Assembly: GCA_965226495.1 (NCBI GenBank)
Contig: OZ245365.1
Span: 4,608,001 to 4,672,000 of the forward strand
Source of the DNA: Candidatus Marinacidobacterales bacterium
GTDB lineage: Bacteria > Acidobacteriota > Vicinamibacteria > Marinacidobacterales > DATDRI01
Direction of reading: 5' to 3'
DNA length: 64,000 bases
Shown here: in pieces, positions 1 to 10,760 of the stretch
Layout of the letters: the number at the start of each line of letters is the position of its first letter
How positions within the stretch are numbered: position 1 is the first letter of the stretch
Made by a program: the position numbers and the translations under genes
Notes under the pieces: model-generated
Databases searched by the model: none
Told to the model about the DNA's origin: nothing
What the model saw: the letters and a program-made list of their open reading frames with translations, nothing else

Positions 1-549
1 CTCTTCATGAACCGGGCTCTCTTCGCCCGCGGAATGGTCGCGTGGAAAGGCGACGACCTTTACTATGACGCGAACTTCACTCTGAGAGGAACCAACGGGC
101 GGGCAAAGTCCTACACGAATAGGCAGGGAGAAAGGGTTCCGCTCTCGACGCGCTTCGAGGGCCTCTTCCGCCTCGCCGAAGAACGGGGCAACGAGGGCGA
201 GTTCGCTTTGCCGAAGGCGCTCGAAGCCTGGAAGGATTCTTTGGGCAACGAAGTGTTCCGCAAACGCTATGCCGACCTTCCCGTCAACTTCGTCACCACC
301 AACGACACCACGGGAGGCAATTCCGGAAGCGCGATCCTCGACTCGCGGCTTCGCATCGTCGGGCTGCTCTTCGACGGGAACGAGGACTCTATGGCGAGCG
401 ATTGGAGCTACAGCGAGACCACCGGCCGCGCCATCGCTACCGACATCCGTTTCGCACTCACCATCGCTCGCGAGGTGCACGGCGCCGGCTGGATCGTCGA
501 CGAGCTCACCAAGGTTCCCAGCCCCACTTACGTCGGCTCACTCCCTTAA
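1..549 (+). CDS. S46 family dipeptidyl-peptidase, C-terminal part (5' end outside the window)
   Basis: TTNDTTGGNSGS catalytic Ser motif followed by GLLFDGN; frame is open from base 1. Confidence 0.85.
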   Translation, partial: LFMNRALFARGMVAWKGDDLYYDANFTLRGTNGRAKSYTNRQGERVPLSTRFEGLFRLAEERGNEGEFALPKALEAWKDSLGNEVFRKRYADLPVNFVTTNDTTGGNSGSAILDSRLRIVGLLFDGNEDSMASDWSYSETTGRAIATDIRFALTIAREVHGAGWIVDELTKVPSPTYVGSLP

Positions 550-588
550 GCAGCTCTTCTATCGTGCAGTCCGCCGAGACGGAGTGAC

Positions 589-1023
589 TTAGGCCAAGGT
601 GTGCTCGTCCGCGTAATCCCAAGCGCGCAGGGTTCCGGGCTCGAGCCGGATCATTTCAAGCTCGACGCCCTTGAACGCTTCGGCGTATTCGTTGCCGCGC
701 GCTTCGCCGAGGTAACGTATGGCCAGGCGCCGAACCGTGTCGAGGGCGTCCGGTGGCTGCGAGAGTTTCGCCTCACCACGTATCTCGATGCCCCGATAAG
801 GAGGCATGCTGTCGGCCACGAGCACCGAGGCCTTGGGATCGCGTTCTAGGTGCCGTGTCTTGACATCATTTGCGAATGTGATCACGGTGAACCCGCCGTC
901 CCCGAACTCTTGCCAGACCGGCGAGAGCAACGTTTGGCCGTTCTTCATGTGTGTAGCGAGCACGGCGACCGTCGCGCCGTCCAGCAGATCGCCGAGATCT
1001 TCAGGTTTGAGGTTCTTCCGCAT
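589..1023 (-). CDS. Pyridoxamine 5'-phosphate oxidase-like (PPOX class) protein
   Basis: AVLAT..NG...LSPVW, K.RHLERDP..SVLV, YRGIEIRG; AGGAGG RBS. Confidence 0.85.
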   Translation of the reverse strand: MRKNLKPEDLGDLLDGATVAVLATHMKNGQTLLSPVWQEFGDGGFTVITFANDVKTRHLERDPKASVLVADSMPPYRGIEIRGEAKLSQPPDALDTVRRLAIRYLGEARGNEYAEAFKGVELEMIRLEPGTLRAWDYADEHTLA

Positions 1024-1125
1024 GTCATTCCTCCTTAGAAAGCGTCGGTGTCGAGTTGCGTTCGGACAGCGAGGAGAGCTATGGCAGGGCAGACGAATCC
1101 TGCCCCGCCAACACGTCAGACGACT

Positions 1126-1342
1126 TCACTGCAACGGCGAGAAGCTCGTCGGAGCGAGGATTCTAGTGTTCAAGACCCGCATGGATTCAAACTTTCCGGT
1201 CTGAAGCCCGACGATGACCGGGTCGCTCATGGCTTTCTGCATGTGCGCTAGGTCTCGGTACGCAGTAAGCAAGATCGCTTCGTTCGAGTTTCCGCCGATT
1301 CCGTTTGTAAACGACCCGATGAGCTCGACACCGTATTTTCAT
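1126..1342 (-). pseudogene. NIPSNAP-family fragment, out of frame with its apparent ATG
   Basis: 1338-1126 reads KYGVELIGSFTNGIGGNSNEAILLTAYRDLAH...LAPTSFSPLQ*; the ATG at 1342 is offset by one extra A; not in the supplied ORF track. Confidence 0.6.
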
Positions 1343-1413
1343 GAGGCTCCCTCCCCTTTTAGAATTCGATGAAGCGCGGTGACTTTGCGTGCGGTGACTT
1401 CCGGAGCGCGACG

Positions 1414-2130
1414 TTACAATGCGCCGAGCCGAGTGTCAATGTCGTGGGCAGGCCAGGAGGTGTATCGGCCGGCCCAGCCCACCAGCATGTCGCCAAAAGC
1501 GTAAAAAACTCCGCAAAGAAGAGGAGGATTGGCCGTCGTCAGGGATGTCCAGGGCACCTCATGCGCCCACGTCCAATTGCCGAGGTGGGTTCCCCAGAGC
1601 TCCATCGCGAGGGCCAGCCACACCATCGTGACGTACAACCTCGGGTCCGGACCCCATTGGACGAAAGCCAGGAAAATCAGGAAGAGCGCTATGCCGGACG
1701 TGTCCGTACCGGTCCACGCGAGACCGACGACCAGCGGTACCATGACAAGGGTCGCGGGCCAAGTCCATCGGGCGGAAAGCCGCAGGGAAATGCGGCGGCC
1801 GAGATAGAGCAGGAACCAGTGGCCGGGCGGCACGAAGAGCGGCATCAATCCCTCGCGGTACTCGTAGAGGCGCCAGGTCTCGCTGGCGAAGAGCTCGAGC
1901 GGGGTGGCGATAGCGAGCACGGCCAGCATCTCGACTCGCTCTCGGCGATCAGTCCGATAGAAGATGTAGGCGAATAGCGCCCAAACTACGGCGTCGACGA
2001 TGTACTCGCCGGGAACGATCCACCCGCGCCCGACCTGATCGATCCACAATCCAACGCAGATAGTGGCGGCCAAGACCCACTGTCGTTGCGTCTGGAGGAA
2101 TCTCAGATTGGTACCGGAGGTGAGTGACAT
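1414..2130 (-). CDS. Hypothetical multi-pass membrane protein
   Basis: Several hydrophobic helices; repeated W-x-Y/W motifs (WRLYEY...FVPPGH; GNWTW...NPP). Confidence 0.7.
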   Translation of the reverse strand: MSLTSGTNLRFLQTQRQWVLAATICVGLWIDQVGRGWIVPGEYIVDAVVWALFAYIFYRTDRRERVEMLAVLAIATPLELFASETWRLYEYREGLMPLFVPPGHWFLLYLGRRISLRLSARWTWPATLVMVPLVVGLAWTGTDTSGIALFLIFLAFVQWGPDPRLYVTMVWLALAMELWGTHLGNWTWAHEVPWTSLTTANPPLLCGVFYAFGDMLVGWAGRYTSWPAHDIDTRLGAL

Positions 2131-2252
2131 GGTCAGCCCTTTGAATACCCTCACTGCGGTCAAAAAGTCAAAACAGGATACACTCGAAGACAAAGGAACA
2201 GGTGGCGGTCGCCCTCGAGCTCGGAGACACTTATTGCGATGAGGAAATCGCG

Positions 2253-3971
2253 ATGAACGAGCTAAGCGGAGCGACCGTCGAGGTGATCCGGTCCTACCTC
2301 GACTCGGCTGCCAAGGAGATGCGGCGAACGCTCATCGCCACCGCCTTCAGCCCCTCAATTTATGATGTACTGGATTTCGGAATCTCGATTTACAACCGTG
2401 GTCTAGACCTCATCGCCGAGGCGCCGGGGTTGGCGTTCTTTATAGGGGCCAACGATTACGCCATTCGGAAAGGTGTCGAGTATCTAGGAGAAGAGAATCT
2501 CGATCCGGGCGACATCGTTGTTTTGAACTACCCGTATTGGAACTCGGTACATGCCTACGACGTGACGCTCTTCGCACCGGTCTTCGGCGAGGATGACGCA
2601 CACCCCTTCGCCTACACCTGCATTCGTGCCCATTGGATGGATCTGGGTGCGAAGGATCCCGGTTACGTCCTCGACTCCACCGATATGCACCAGGAAGGAA
2701 TGATCTTTCCGGGCACCAAGGTGTACAAACGGGGCAAGCCCAACGAGGAAATCTTCGACCTGATCCGCTTCAACTCCCGGATGCCGGAAACGGTGTTAGG
2801 AGATCTCGATGCTCAGGTGGCGGCGTCGCGAACCGGGGAGCGACGGCTGCTACAGATTCTCGAAAAGTTTGGGCGTGAGACCTTGGATGAAGGGATCGCG
2901 CAAATCCTGGACCACGGTGAACGGGTCACGCGGAAAGCGCTTCGGGATCTCCGGCATGGTTCGTGGACCGCCGAAGACTTCCTCGACGGCGATGGCATCA
3001 CCGACGATGTGGTTCCAATGAAGGTCGCCGTAACGCTCGACGAAGAGCGGATCACATTCGATTTCACGGGATCGGCCGAGGCCACTCGGGGTCCGGTCAA
3101 CGTCCCTTTCGGACTCACCGAGACGTTGTGCAAGTTCGCTTTGAAATCGCTGACCTCACCGAAGGCGCCCGGCAACGCGGGACACTTCCGGCCATTGAAA
3201 GTGATTGCCCCTCCGGGAGGCCTGTTTCACGCCGTCTATCCCTCGCCGACGTTCACGCTCTGGCCGGCCTTCATTGCGTTGGAGCTAATTTATAAGGCGC
3301 TAGCGCAAGGAATGGCGGATCACCTGGCCGCGTCGTCGGGCGGCGACGTGCCTTCTTTCGCCATGGTGGGGATCCACCCCGAAACGAAGCGTTTGTACGT
3401 CGTTAGTAACAATGATGGTGTCGGATGGGGCGCGACGTCCTCCCACGACGGCGCCAATGCCGCGAGCCATCTGTCGGGAAGTCTGATGCGCAATACGCCG
3501 ATAGAAGTATTGGAGACCAAGACCGCCATGTTCATGGAGCACCACCAGCTCCGGACGGATAGCGGTGGAGCGGGCAAATATCGAGGCGGCCTTGGCATGC
3601 GGCGGGATATCCGGTACGTCCTGGACGGGGAGTTGATATCGGTGAGGAAAAAGACCAAATCGCCCCCCTGGTCCCTTGCGGGCGGAAGGGAGTCTAAGCC
3701 TCATGCCATGTTCTTTCATCCCGATACGGAGCGGGAGATACGATTCGGGACCTACCGGGCGAGAGTCCAGGCCGGTGACAAAGCGCGGAGTCTCACCGCA
3801 GGCGGCGGTGGCCACGGACCACCTTCAGAACGCGATCCGACCCTCGTACTCGAAGACGTGCTGGATGGCTATGTGTCGCGGGAGGCCGCTCGCGATGTCT
3901 ATAAAGTGGCGGTCATTGGCAACCGTATCGATGTCGCTGAAACTTCCAGACTCCGATCCGGAAACTCGTGA
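2253..3971 (+). CDS. Hydantoinase B / oxoprolinase family protein
   Basis: AHWMDLG, NTPIEVLE, DSGGAGKYRGG and GGGGHGPP motifs. Confidence 0.92.
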   Translation: MNELSGATVEVIRSYLDSAAKEMRRTLIATAFSPSIYDVLDFGISIYNRGLDLIAEAPGLAFFIGANDYAIRKGVEYLGEENLDPGDIVVLNYPYWNSVHAYDVTLFAPVFGEDDAHPFAYTCIRAHWMDLGAKDPGYVLDSTDMHQEGMIFPGTKVYKRGKPNEEIFDLIRFNSRMPETVLGDLDAQVAASRTGERRLLQILEKFGRETLDEGIAQILDHGERVTRKALRDLRHGSWTAEDFLDGDGITDDVVPMKVAVTLDEERITFDFTGSAEATRGPVNVPFGLTETLCKFALKSLTSPKAPGNAGHFRPLKVIAPPGGLFHAVYPSPTFTLWPAFIALELIYKALAQGMADHLAASSGGDVPSFAMVGIHPETKRLYVVSNNDGVGWGATSSHDGANAASHLSGSLMRNTPIEVLETKTAMFMEHHQLRTDSGGAGKYRGGLGMRRDIRYVLDGELISVRKKTKSPPWSLAGGRESKPHAMFFHPDTEREIRFGTYRARVQAGDKARSLTAGGGGHGPPSERDPTLVLEDVLDGYVSREAARDVYKVAVIGNRIDVAETSRLRSGNS

Positions 3972-4351
3972 AACTCGCCCCTCGGATGTCCGTTATCGGG
4001 GCAGTCCCCACGCCACCTTTAGGAGGAACCGTTGGAAACCAGCTCGGAAACGGTGAGGTCCGACCCAACCCGGGAGTTTACGAAAAGTGGTCGGCGAGTC
4101 TTCCGACGGGGATGCTCGAACGGATGGCCGACAAGGTCAGGCGGCTTCGGGGGGTCCGCTTGTCAGTCGGTCGCGATGACGAGTTCAGCAACATTCTCTT
4201 GGGTAGCCGCGTTTTTTCGAAAGCGCTCTCGGCGAAAGGGATTCCTCACGATTTCAAGGAATACGACGGCGACCACTGGAGGATTGACGAACGGTTGATG
4301 ACCGACGTGTTACCTTTCTTCTCCGAGAAGCTGACTCTCAGCCGCGACTAG
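3968..4351 (+). pseudogene. C-terminal fragment of an alpha/beta-hydrolase (esterase)
   Basis: VG.DDEF...GIPHDFKEYDGDH...VLPFFS tail; no GxSxG region present. Confidence 0.55.
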
Positions 4352-4353
4352 CA

Positions 4354-4848
4354 TCACTTCTTCGGGGACAACATGGCCTCGATCTTCTCCTCCGAATAGC
4401 TCAGGAGTCGTCCCATCCCCCTAGCAATGTCGAGACGCGCGTCCCCCTCATACGCCTGGTCGGCTATCAATTTTTCCTTTTTTGCCTTCAGCGCCATGTA
4501 TTCTTCTTTGACCGGGTCCTCGTAGATGAGAAGCACGTGCTTTCCTTCGGTAACGGACGCGGGAAAAAGGTCGGTCACCAAGAAATCGGTCTCGCGGTAG
4601 AGTTTGACACGGTTGCGGTCGGCGATTTTCTTCGCCTCATCCATCAAAGCATCCATCTCTTGAGGCGTCATCGGAGAACTCAACGCCAACTTCTTGACTC
4701 CCGCGCCGACCACCTCGGAAAAAGCTCCAATGCCACCCAATCGGTAGGATCGCTTATCGACTCCATCCGCTTCGCCTTGATGCGGGGCCGCCGTGAGGCT
4801 CGTGAAACCCAACACCAGGAACGGCAATACTAAGGTTTGAATTTTCAT
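4354..4848 (-). CDS. Hypothetical exported protein
   Basis: Signal-peptide-like N-terminus, GGAGG RBS, protein-like composition. Confidence 0.7.
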   Translation of the reverse strand: MKIQTLVLPFLVLGFTSLTAAPHQGEADGVDKRSYRLGGIGAFSEVVGAGVKKLALSSPMTPQEMDALMDEAKKIADRNRVKLYRETDFLVTDLFPASVTEGKHVLLIYEDPVKEEYMALKAKKEKLIADQAYEGDARLDIARGMGRLLSYSEEKIEAMLSPKK

Positions 4849-4984
4849 ACCGCCCTCCGCGTTCGTGGGATCGACTCGGAAAAGCCGATTTCGGGGTCCG
4901 ATGGTAACACGTACGGCGTTCGGCTGGCGCCGGGACTTCGAACAACGTTGGAGAGGGGAGGACTAGGTAATGATGAGGCGTCGG

Positions 4985-5452
4985 CTACCAGACGACCTGG
5001 TTGGGCCTCATTCCCCCGCAGCCGCTTTTCGCGAAGGACCTGCCACACCCGCCCGTATAGCAGGTGTTCCCCCTGAAGCCGTCGGGGTTCACGAAGCTCG
5101 TCCATTTAACAACCGCGGCGCGCACCGCCGGGGCGTCGAAGCCACGCTCAGCAATAAGGTGGTGGGATAAGCCCCAAACTGTCCGAGAAAGGTTGCAGAC
5201 GCAGCAGCAGGTGTACGCCGAGTTGTTCGTGCAGCACGCAGCAGGAAGACTGGAGAGTGCTTCCCTCTTTACGGCTTCTTGCTCGGGGGTGAGCTTGATG
5301 GTCTGGAAGTAGCCCATAAACTCCTTGGTGTGTTTGCGGACGTCGGTGAACTCGACTTCGGCGCCCTCCTCGTTCCCGGCCTGAGAACTGCCGACGGCGA
5401 CTAGCACCAAGAGTGAGCTCGCGAGTAAAAACCGTAGCAACCCAATCCTCAT
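4985..5452 (-). CDS. Cys-rich exported hypothetical protein
   Basis: Signal peptide; 9 Cys (CC..CCCxC..C..C..C). Confidence 0.7.
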   Translation of the reverse strand: MRIGLLRFLLASSLLVLVAVGSSQAGNEEGAEVEFTDVRKHTKEFMGYFQTIKLTPEQEAVKREALSSLPAACCTNNSAYTCCCVCNLSRTVWGLSHHLIAERGFDAPAVRAAVVKWTSFVNPDGFRGNTCYTGGCGRSFAKSGCGGMRPNQVVW

Positions 5453-5628
5453 GGAATTTTTTCCTTTCCTTCAGGGAAGTCATAAATATTGTCGCACGAA
5501 ACAGCGCCGCGGCCCAACTCCTCTTTAATACAGCCCCCGGCTTCCCACCAGATGTTTTTTGGACTAAGATCCTCAACTCGGAATCGCGGACTCAAATACT
5601 ATTACCAGGGAGAAAAACGTTGAAGCTC

Positions 5629-6777
5629 ATGATCAGAAATATTTCCTCGTTCGCTTTAATTACTTTGTTATTCGTCAGTTGCGGAGATGACACTCCCACC
5701 GGCCCCACACCCAACACCTCGTCCGCACCCACGCGTGGCAACGGCGCGTTGTCCGGCCCGATCGGAGACCTTGCGCTGCAACCGCTGACCACCATCGCAG
5801 AGATCATCGAGGACTTTGATAATCTCCGCAAGACGGAAGTCACCATACAGGGACGGGTGACCGAGCAGCTTGCGAACGGCGATTACCTGATTACCGACGG
5901 CACCGGGTCGATCCCAGGGGACTTCAGCGACACACCCCCACCACCCCTGAACACCCAGCTACGTTTCATCGGTGAGGTGATCAATGGAGGTGCCTCGTTT
6001 CCTGCCAAACTCGATGTCTCCTATTGGGATGACCTGAAGAACTTCAACTGCGACATCCTCACCGATGCTCGGCTTCGTTTCACCGATCCCGGCTTCTCGC
6101 TTGGCAACATCGTCGGTGCCTATCTGAAGTATTCAGGCGTGCCGGCGGGAGAAAAGTTCTTGGAGATTATTTGGGACGAGGGGAACCCGAGCGGAGAGGT
6201 CGATAGGGCACCTCTCGGCCAGGGGCAACCGCAGGGTGACGGGACGTTTCTCCTGGAAGGCGTCGCGACTCATGAGTACAAGAACGTCACAAAGACGGAG
6301 ACCAAGAAGGTGCGCGCGACTCTTACCATCGAAGGCGTCAATGGACAGTGCGCTCGCGTGCGGGACGTCACGGTGAGCCCCGGCGACGGGCCAGATTCGG
6401 CAGCGGGTGGCTCTCTGAGAGTCACCGTCGACAACCCGGTGGGCTCCGGAAGCGAGTTCGACGTCCGGGCGACGGTGAAGAACCTCGTGACGGCGCCCAT
6501 CAGCGTCGAGCTGCTCTTCCGAACGCCAAACGGCGCGACGTATAACGCTCAGAAGCTGGCTCCCAGCTGCGAGGGCCGCAGTGGAGACGTCATCGAGTGC
6601 ACGATTGGCGACATTCCACCGGGAGACGGACTCTCGCAAGTCGTGACCTACGAGGCACCTTCGGTATCGAAGGACCAAGAGATCAAGGGCTCGGTAAGTC
6701 TTCTCGTCGGCGAGTTCGCACCCATCGTCAACTACTTCACCATAGTCGAAGTGCCCAAAGTCTCGCCGGCCAACTGA
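5629..6777 (+). CDS. Lipoprotein with OB-fold-like and Ig/DUF11-like domains
   Basis: Lipobox FVSC; VTIQGRV...YLITDGTGSI (YgiW-like OB fold); beta-rich C-terminus (IECTIGDIPPG). Confidence 0.65.
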   Translation: MIRNISSFALITLLFVSCGDDTPTGPTPNTSSAPTRGNGALSGPIGDLALQPLTTIAEIIEDFDNLRKTEVTIQGRVTEQLANGDYLITDGTGSIPGDFSDTPPPPLNTQLRFIGEVINGGASFPAKLDVSYWDDLKNFNCDILTDARLRFTDPGFSLGNIVGAYLKYSGVPAGEKFLEIIWDEGNPSGEVDRAPLGQGQPQGDGTFLLEGVATHEYKNVTKTETKKVRATLTIEGVNGQCARVRDVTVSPGDGPDSAAGGSLRVTVDNPVGSGSEFDVRATVKNLVTAPISVELLFRTPNGATYNAQKLAPSCEGRSGDVIECTIGDIPPGDGLSQVVTYEAPSVSKDQEIKGSVSLLVGEFAPIVNYFTIVEVPKVSPAN

Positions 6778-6967
6778 TTCAAAGATTTGAAGCGGCCATC
6801 ATCGTGAGGGGTGACGTTGTCGCCCCTCGGTGGCACCATCACGTCCCCGTTGGTGGACCTCTCCCCCCGGCCGGATCCTTCAAACCTGAGCTACAGTTGG
6901 CGTTTGGCGGAAGTCTCAAGTTGGCATCGGTGATGCATTGGGGTATCGACCAAAGGGGGTTTTAGCC

Positions 6968-7645
6968 ATGAGATGGATCCTTTCGATCTGTCTGGTTCTC
7001 ACATTCAGCGTCCCAGCCTCGGCGCAACTGTCTTTCAGCAAGGTCGAGGCGCGCACCGGTTACGGCCTGGCCAAGGAGGGTGACAAGGGCAACCTGGTGC
7101 TGGACAACGACACCATCCGCCTCGTCAAGAAGAACGGGATGGAGTACTTCTCTCTTCCCACCGATGCGGTGACCGATATGTTCTATTCGCGCGTCTCGGG
7201 ACGGCGGATCAAGACCGCAATCTTCGTGTCGCCGCTGCTGCTTCTCACCAAGGGTCGGAAACACTACGTGACGATCACGTTCGATGATCCTCGGGCGAGC
7301 GGGGCGGTGGAGCTCAAGCTCGACAAGAAGAACTATATGGGCATCCTCAGAAGTCTGGAACAAGTATCGAGCATGTCCATGCAATACGACCAGGAGGGGA
7401 TCAAAGACACGAAACAAGACGTCGCCGCCCGGAAGAGGGCGGTACTCGACATCTCTTCCAATCCAGAAGGGGCCGACATCGAAATCAACGGCGGCTTCAA
7501 AGGAAACACGCCAGACTTAACGAGCGTTCAAGCGGGCGAGTACACGGTTCGCGTGGTCAAGGTCGGCTACGAACCTTGGGAACGCCAGATCGTCCTCGAC
7601 CCGGGTGAGAAAGTTAATATCCAGGCCGATCTGACGAAGCAATAA
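6968..7645 (+). CDS. PEGA domain-containing exported protein
   Basis: ISSNPEGADIEING.FKGNTP...GEYTVRVVKVGYEPW. Confidence 0.85.
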   Translation: MRWILSICLVLTFSVPASAQLSFSKVEARTGYGLAKEGDKGNLVLDNDTIRLVKKNGMEYFSLPTDAVTDMFYSRVSGRRIKTAIFVSPLLLLTKGRKHYVTITFDDPRASGAVELKLDKKNYMGILRSLEQVSSMSMQYDQEGIKDTKQDVAARKRAVLDISSNPEGADIEINGGFKGNTPDLTSVQAGEYTVRVVKVGYEPWERQIVLDPGEKVNIQADLTKQ

Positions 7646-7694
7646 GCGTGGGGTAAAAGTGCCGGCCGCGGCGAGAGTGCACGGTCGGCACAAC

Positions 7695-8987
7695 CTATTC
7701 CGCTCGGATGTCGTAGCTATGGAGCCGACCTTGCTCGCGCAGGTAGAGGCGGCCACCGCTCACGACGGGGTGAGGCCAGCTGGGATCCTCCACGTCGGGG
7801 ATCTCGAATGAACCGCACTCCCGGTACTCCTCGGGCGTGGCGTCGATCAGAACCACCCAACCGTTCTGGTAGCGGAAATACAATCGGCCGTCGGCATAAG
7901 CAACGGCGGCCGAGTCGTGTCCTTCATTCCTCACCGGACCCCAGGCCACCTCCCCCGTTTCCATGCGGATGCTCAGCGGATAGCCTCGATTGTGGCCGGT
8001 GCCGGTGTAGATGTATCCGTCGAGAAGGATGAGCCCTCCGTGGTGGTTTTGGAAAGTATCGGCGGGAAGGAAATACACTTCTTCAGCGTGGACTCCCTCG
8101 CCATCTCGCGACAGTTTCAAAAGCGCGGCGCCCGTTTGGTAGCCGGTAGACCCGAACACGAGATCACCGGTCACGATGGGAGTGGCGATGTTCGCAACCT
8201 CGTTGGCGATTCTGTTATAGCCCCAGAGAAATTCGCCGTCCTCGGCGCGAATGCCGACGAGGCCGCGTCCCATGAGCTGGACGTATTGCTTCAGGCCACC
8301 CCCGTGGGAGATCACGATCGAGCTGTAGCCGGCGCCATCACTTCCCTGCTCACCGATTTCGGGCATCGATGACCGCCAGATTTCGTCGCCACTTGTCTTG
8401 TCTAGTGCCACCATGACCGCTTTCGGCGCGCCCGGCGTCACGACGACCCGATTGCCGTCAACGAGTGGTGACTCTGCGAATCGCCAATTCACGCCCCGGG
8501 CCACCATCATGAACCCACCGAAATCTTCGCGCACGTTACGCTGCCATACCACTTCGCCGTTATCCGCCTTCAAGCAGGCAAGGGTTCCTTCCGTGCCGTA
8601 GGCGTAAACCCGGTCGCCGTCCACAGTAGGCGTCGAGCGCGAGCCCGGATAGAAACGCGCGTCGGACCAGCTTTCGCCTATCGAAGTCTTCCAGAGGATT
8701 GACCCGTCATCGTCGTTGATGGCAATCACGAATTGCTCATCGTCGAAGTCGCCCATGGTGAACACACGACCGTTGGCAAGCGAGACACTCGAAAAGCCGC
8801 GACCTAGTCCCTCCGCCGTCCATACGGTCGGCGGTCCGCCCTCGGGCCATTCCTTGAGCAAGCCGCTCTCAGCCGATTTTCCATCGCGATTCGGTCCGCG
8901 CCATTGGGGCCACTGTGCAAAGCTGGACTCAGGAAGGAACAGACTAAGGCTGACGAGGAGGATGCCGCTGGGGATCAAACGCTTCAT
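7695..8987 (-). CDS. PQQ-like beta-propeller repeat protein (BamB-like)
   Basis: WPQWRGPNRDG start, STPTVDG, ESPLVDG, WPHPVV. Confidence 0.9.
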   Translation of the reverse strand: MKRLIPSGILLVSLSLFLPESSFAQWPQWRGPNRDGKSAESGLLKEWPEGGPPTVWTAEGLGRGFSSVSLANGRVFTMGDFDDEQFVIAINDDDGSILWKTSIGESWSDARFYPGSRSTPTVDGDRVYAYGTEGTLACLKADNGEVVWQRNVREDFGGFMMVARGVNWRFAESPLVDGNRVVVTPGAPKAVMVALDKTSGDEIWRSSMPEIGEQGSDGAGYSSIVISHGGGLKQYVQLMGRGLVGIRAEDGEFLWGYNRIANEVANIATPIVTGDLVFGSTGYQTGAALLKLSRDGEGVHAEEVYFLPADTFQNHHGGLILLDGYIYTGTGHNRGYPLSIRMETGEVAWGPVRNEGHDSAAVAYADGRLYFRYQNGWVVLIDATPEEYRECGSFEIPDVEDPSWPHPVVSGGRLYLREQGRLHSYDIRAE

Positions 8988-9056
8988 GTCGGGGTCTCCT
9001 TCGTGTTTCCCATCGCGGCAGATGGATGTTAACCCAGCACGGCCAACTTCGAAAGG

Positions 9057-10634
9057 CTAGCCAGCCAAGGTATTGAAGTAAGCAAGGCAGCCGAGGATGG
9101 CGAGAAAATAGGCCGCCAAGAACAGGTACCACGGCAACCAACGGCTGATGTCCAATCCGCTTTCGGACAAGGTATGGCCGGCGACTTTTTCCGGTGGTGC
9201 GGGCACGAAGGTGCTGACGATCGACGAGATGAGGGCCGCGACCACGAATCCGAAAACGTTCCACCACATCCAGAAAATGTGCGAAAACGACACCGCAACG
9301 AGTAGGTTGACACCGACGCCGGCTATGACACCAGTCGTCATCCCCAAACCGCTGGCTCGTTTGGTTAGCACTCCCATGATGAAGGCGGCGAGGATGGGTC
9401 CGTAGAAGAGTGACCCGATCGTGTTGATGCCCTCGATCACCGTGTCCGAGATGGAGCCGACAGCAAACGCGAATGCGGTGATGACGACTCCCCACACGAC
9501 CGTAGTCACCTTGCTCATCACGAAGAGTTGGCGCTCTGAGAGCTCCCTTCCGTGTTCGATGAAATCGCGTACGGTCGCCGCGGAAAGGGAGTTGAGTCCG
9601 GAGTCGATGCTCGACATTGCGGCCGCCAAGATGGCGGCGATGACGACCGCTCGGATCCCTTGCGGGAGGTGCAGGAGAATGAGATTCGGAATGAGGGCGT
9701 CGATCTGGTCGGCGGGGACCGCGGAACGAAGCTCGGGGGATTGGAGGTAAAGGGCACTGGCCGCGATACCAAGAAGCACGTACCCGAGCGTGAGGGGGAA
9801 TCGCGCGATGCCGTTGAACACTAGCGACCGTCGAGTATCGTCGAGCGACTTGGCGGAAAGCTCTCGTTGCACTTGGCTTTGATCGACTCCGTAGTAAGAG
9901 GCGTAGAGAAACAGGCCGCCGATCAAGAATCCCCAAAAGGGTGTGCCGCTGTCTCCGAAGCCGGTGCTCATGTCGAGCGCCCGGAAGCGCTCGGCCGGAA
10001 ACAAGCTGAAGACTTCTCCTAAACCGCCCACTTCCGCGGCGGCGACCCAGACGCAAGCAACAACACCGGCCAGCAAGATCCCCATCTGGATCACGTCGGA
10101 ATAGACAACTGCCGAGATGCCGCCGATGGTGTCGTAAACCATGGTTGCGACTCCGATGAGGAGGATCGTTGCCCAAAGCGGTATCCCCATGCAGATCGAG
10201 AGAACCAACGAGGCGGCATAGACGGCGACCCCGGTTGCCAGACCGCGACTAATAAGGAAGATGCCGCTCAAGAACTGTCGGACCGACCTCCCGTATCTCA
10301 GCTCGAGGAACTCGTAAACGCTGATGAGCTCCAGCTTGCGGAAGAACGGAACCAACAATGCGATGACGACGATCATGGAGAGGGGAACCGCGAGCTCGAA
10401 TTGCAACCAGGTCAGCCCGCCACCTTCTTTGAGAGCCACGAAGGCCGGAATGGAGATGAAGCTGATGGCGCTTGATTGAGTCGCCATAGTGGAAATGCCG
10501 ACCGCCCACCAGGGTAGGTTCCGGCCGCCGACGTAGTAATCCGTTTCGCTGGTTTGGCCCCGTGCGAGATAGACGCTGAGCGCAATCATCCCGGCGAGAT
10601 AAAGGACGATGACCATCCAGTCGAGAGGGGACAT
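9057..10634 (-). CDS. Sodium:solute symporter family protein
   Basis: DYYVGGR, AVVYSDVIQ, DQSQVQR, AAAMSSIDSGLNS. Confidence 0.93.
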   Translation of the reverse strand: MSPLDWMVIVLYLAGMIALSVYLARGQTSETDYYVGGRNLPWWAVGISTMATQSSAISFISIPAFVALKEGGGLTWLQFELAVPLSMIVVIALLVPFFRKLELISVYEFLELRYGRSVRQFLSGIFLISRGLATGVAVYAASLVLSICMGIPLWATILLIGVATMVYDTIGGISAVVYSDVIQMGILLAGVVACVWVAAAEVGGLGEVFSLFPAERFRALDMSTGFGDSGTPFWGFLIGGLFLYASYYGVDQSQVQRELSAKSLDDTRRSLVFNGIARFPLTLGYVLLGIAASALYLQSPELRSAVPADQIDALIPNLILLHLPQGIRAVVIAAILAAAMSSIDSGLNSLSAATVRDFIEHGRELSERQLFVMSKVTTVVWGVVITAFAFAVGSISDTVIEGINTIGSLFYGPILAAFIMGVLTKRASGLGMTTGVIAGVGVNLLVAVSFSHIFWMWWNVFGFVVAALISSIVSTFVPAPPEKVAGHTLSESGLDISRWLPWYLFLAAYFLAILGCLAYFNTLAG

Positions 10635-10760
10635 GCGCGCTCTCCGGGTCGATGAGGGACGGTGTCATTATATTTCGGGACGAGAAGAGAATTCCAGGCT
10701 ACGGCTTGCTTCGTGCGTCTCGGCTATCTACCATGGGGGAAGCTCGCTCTGAGGTGACGT

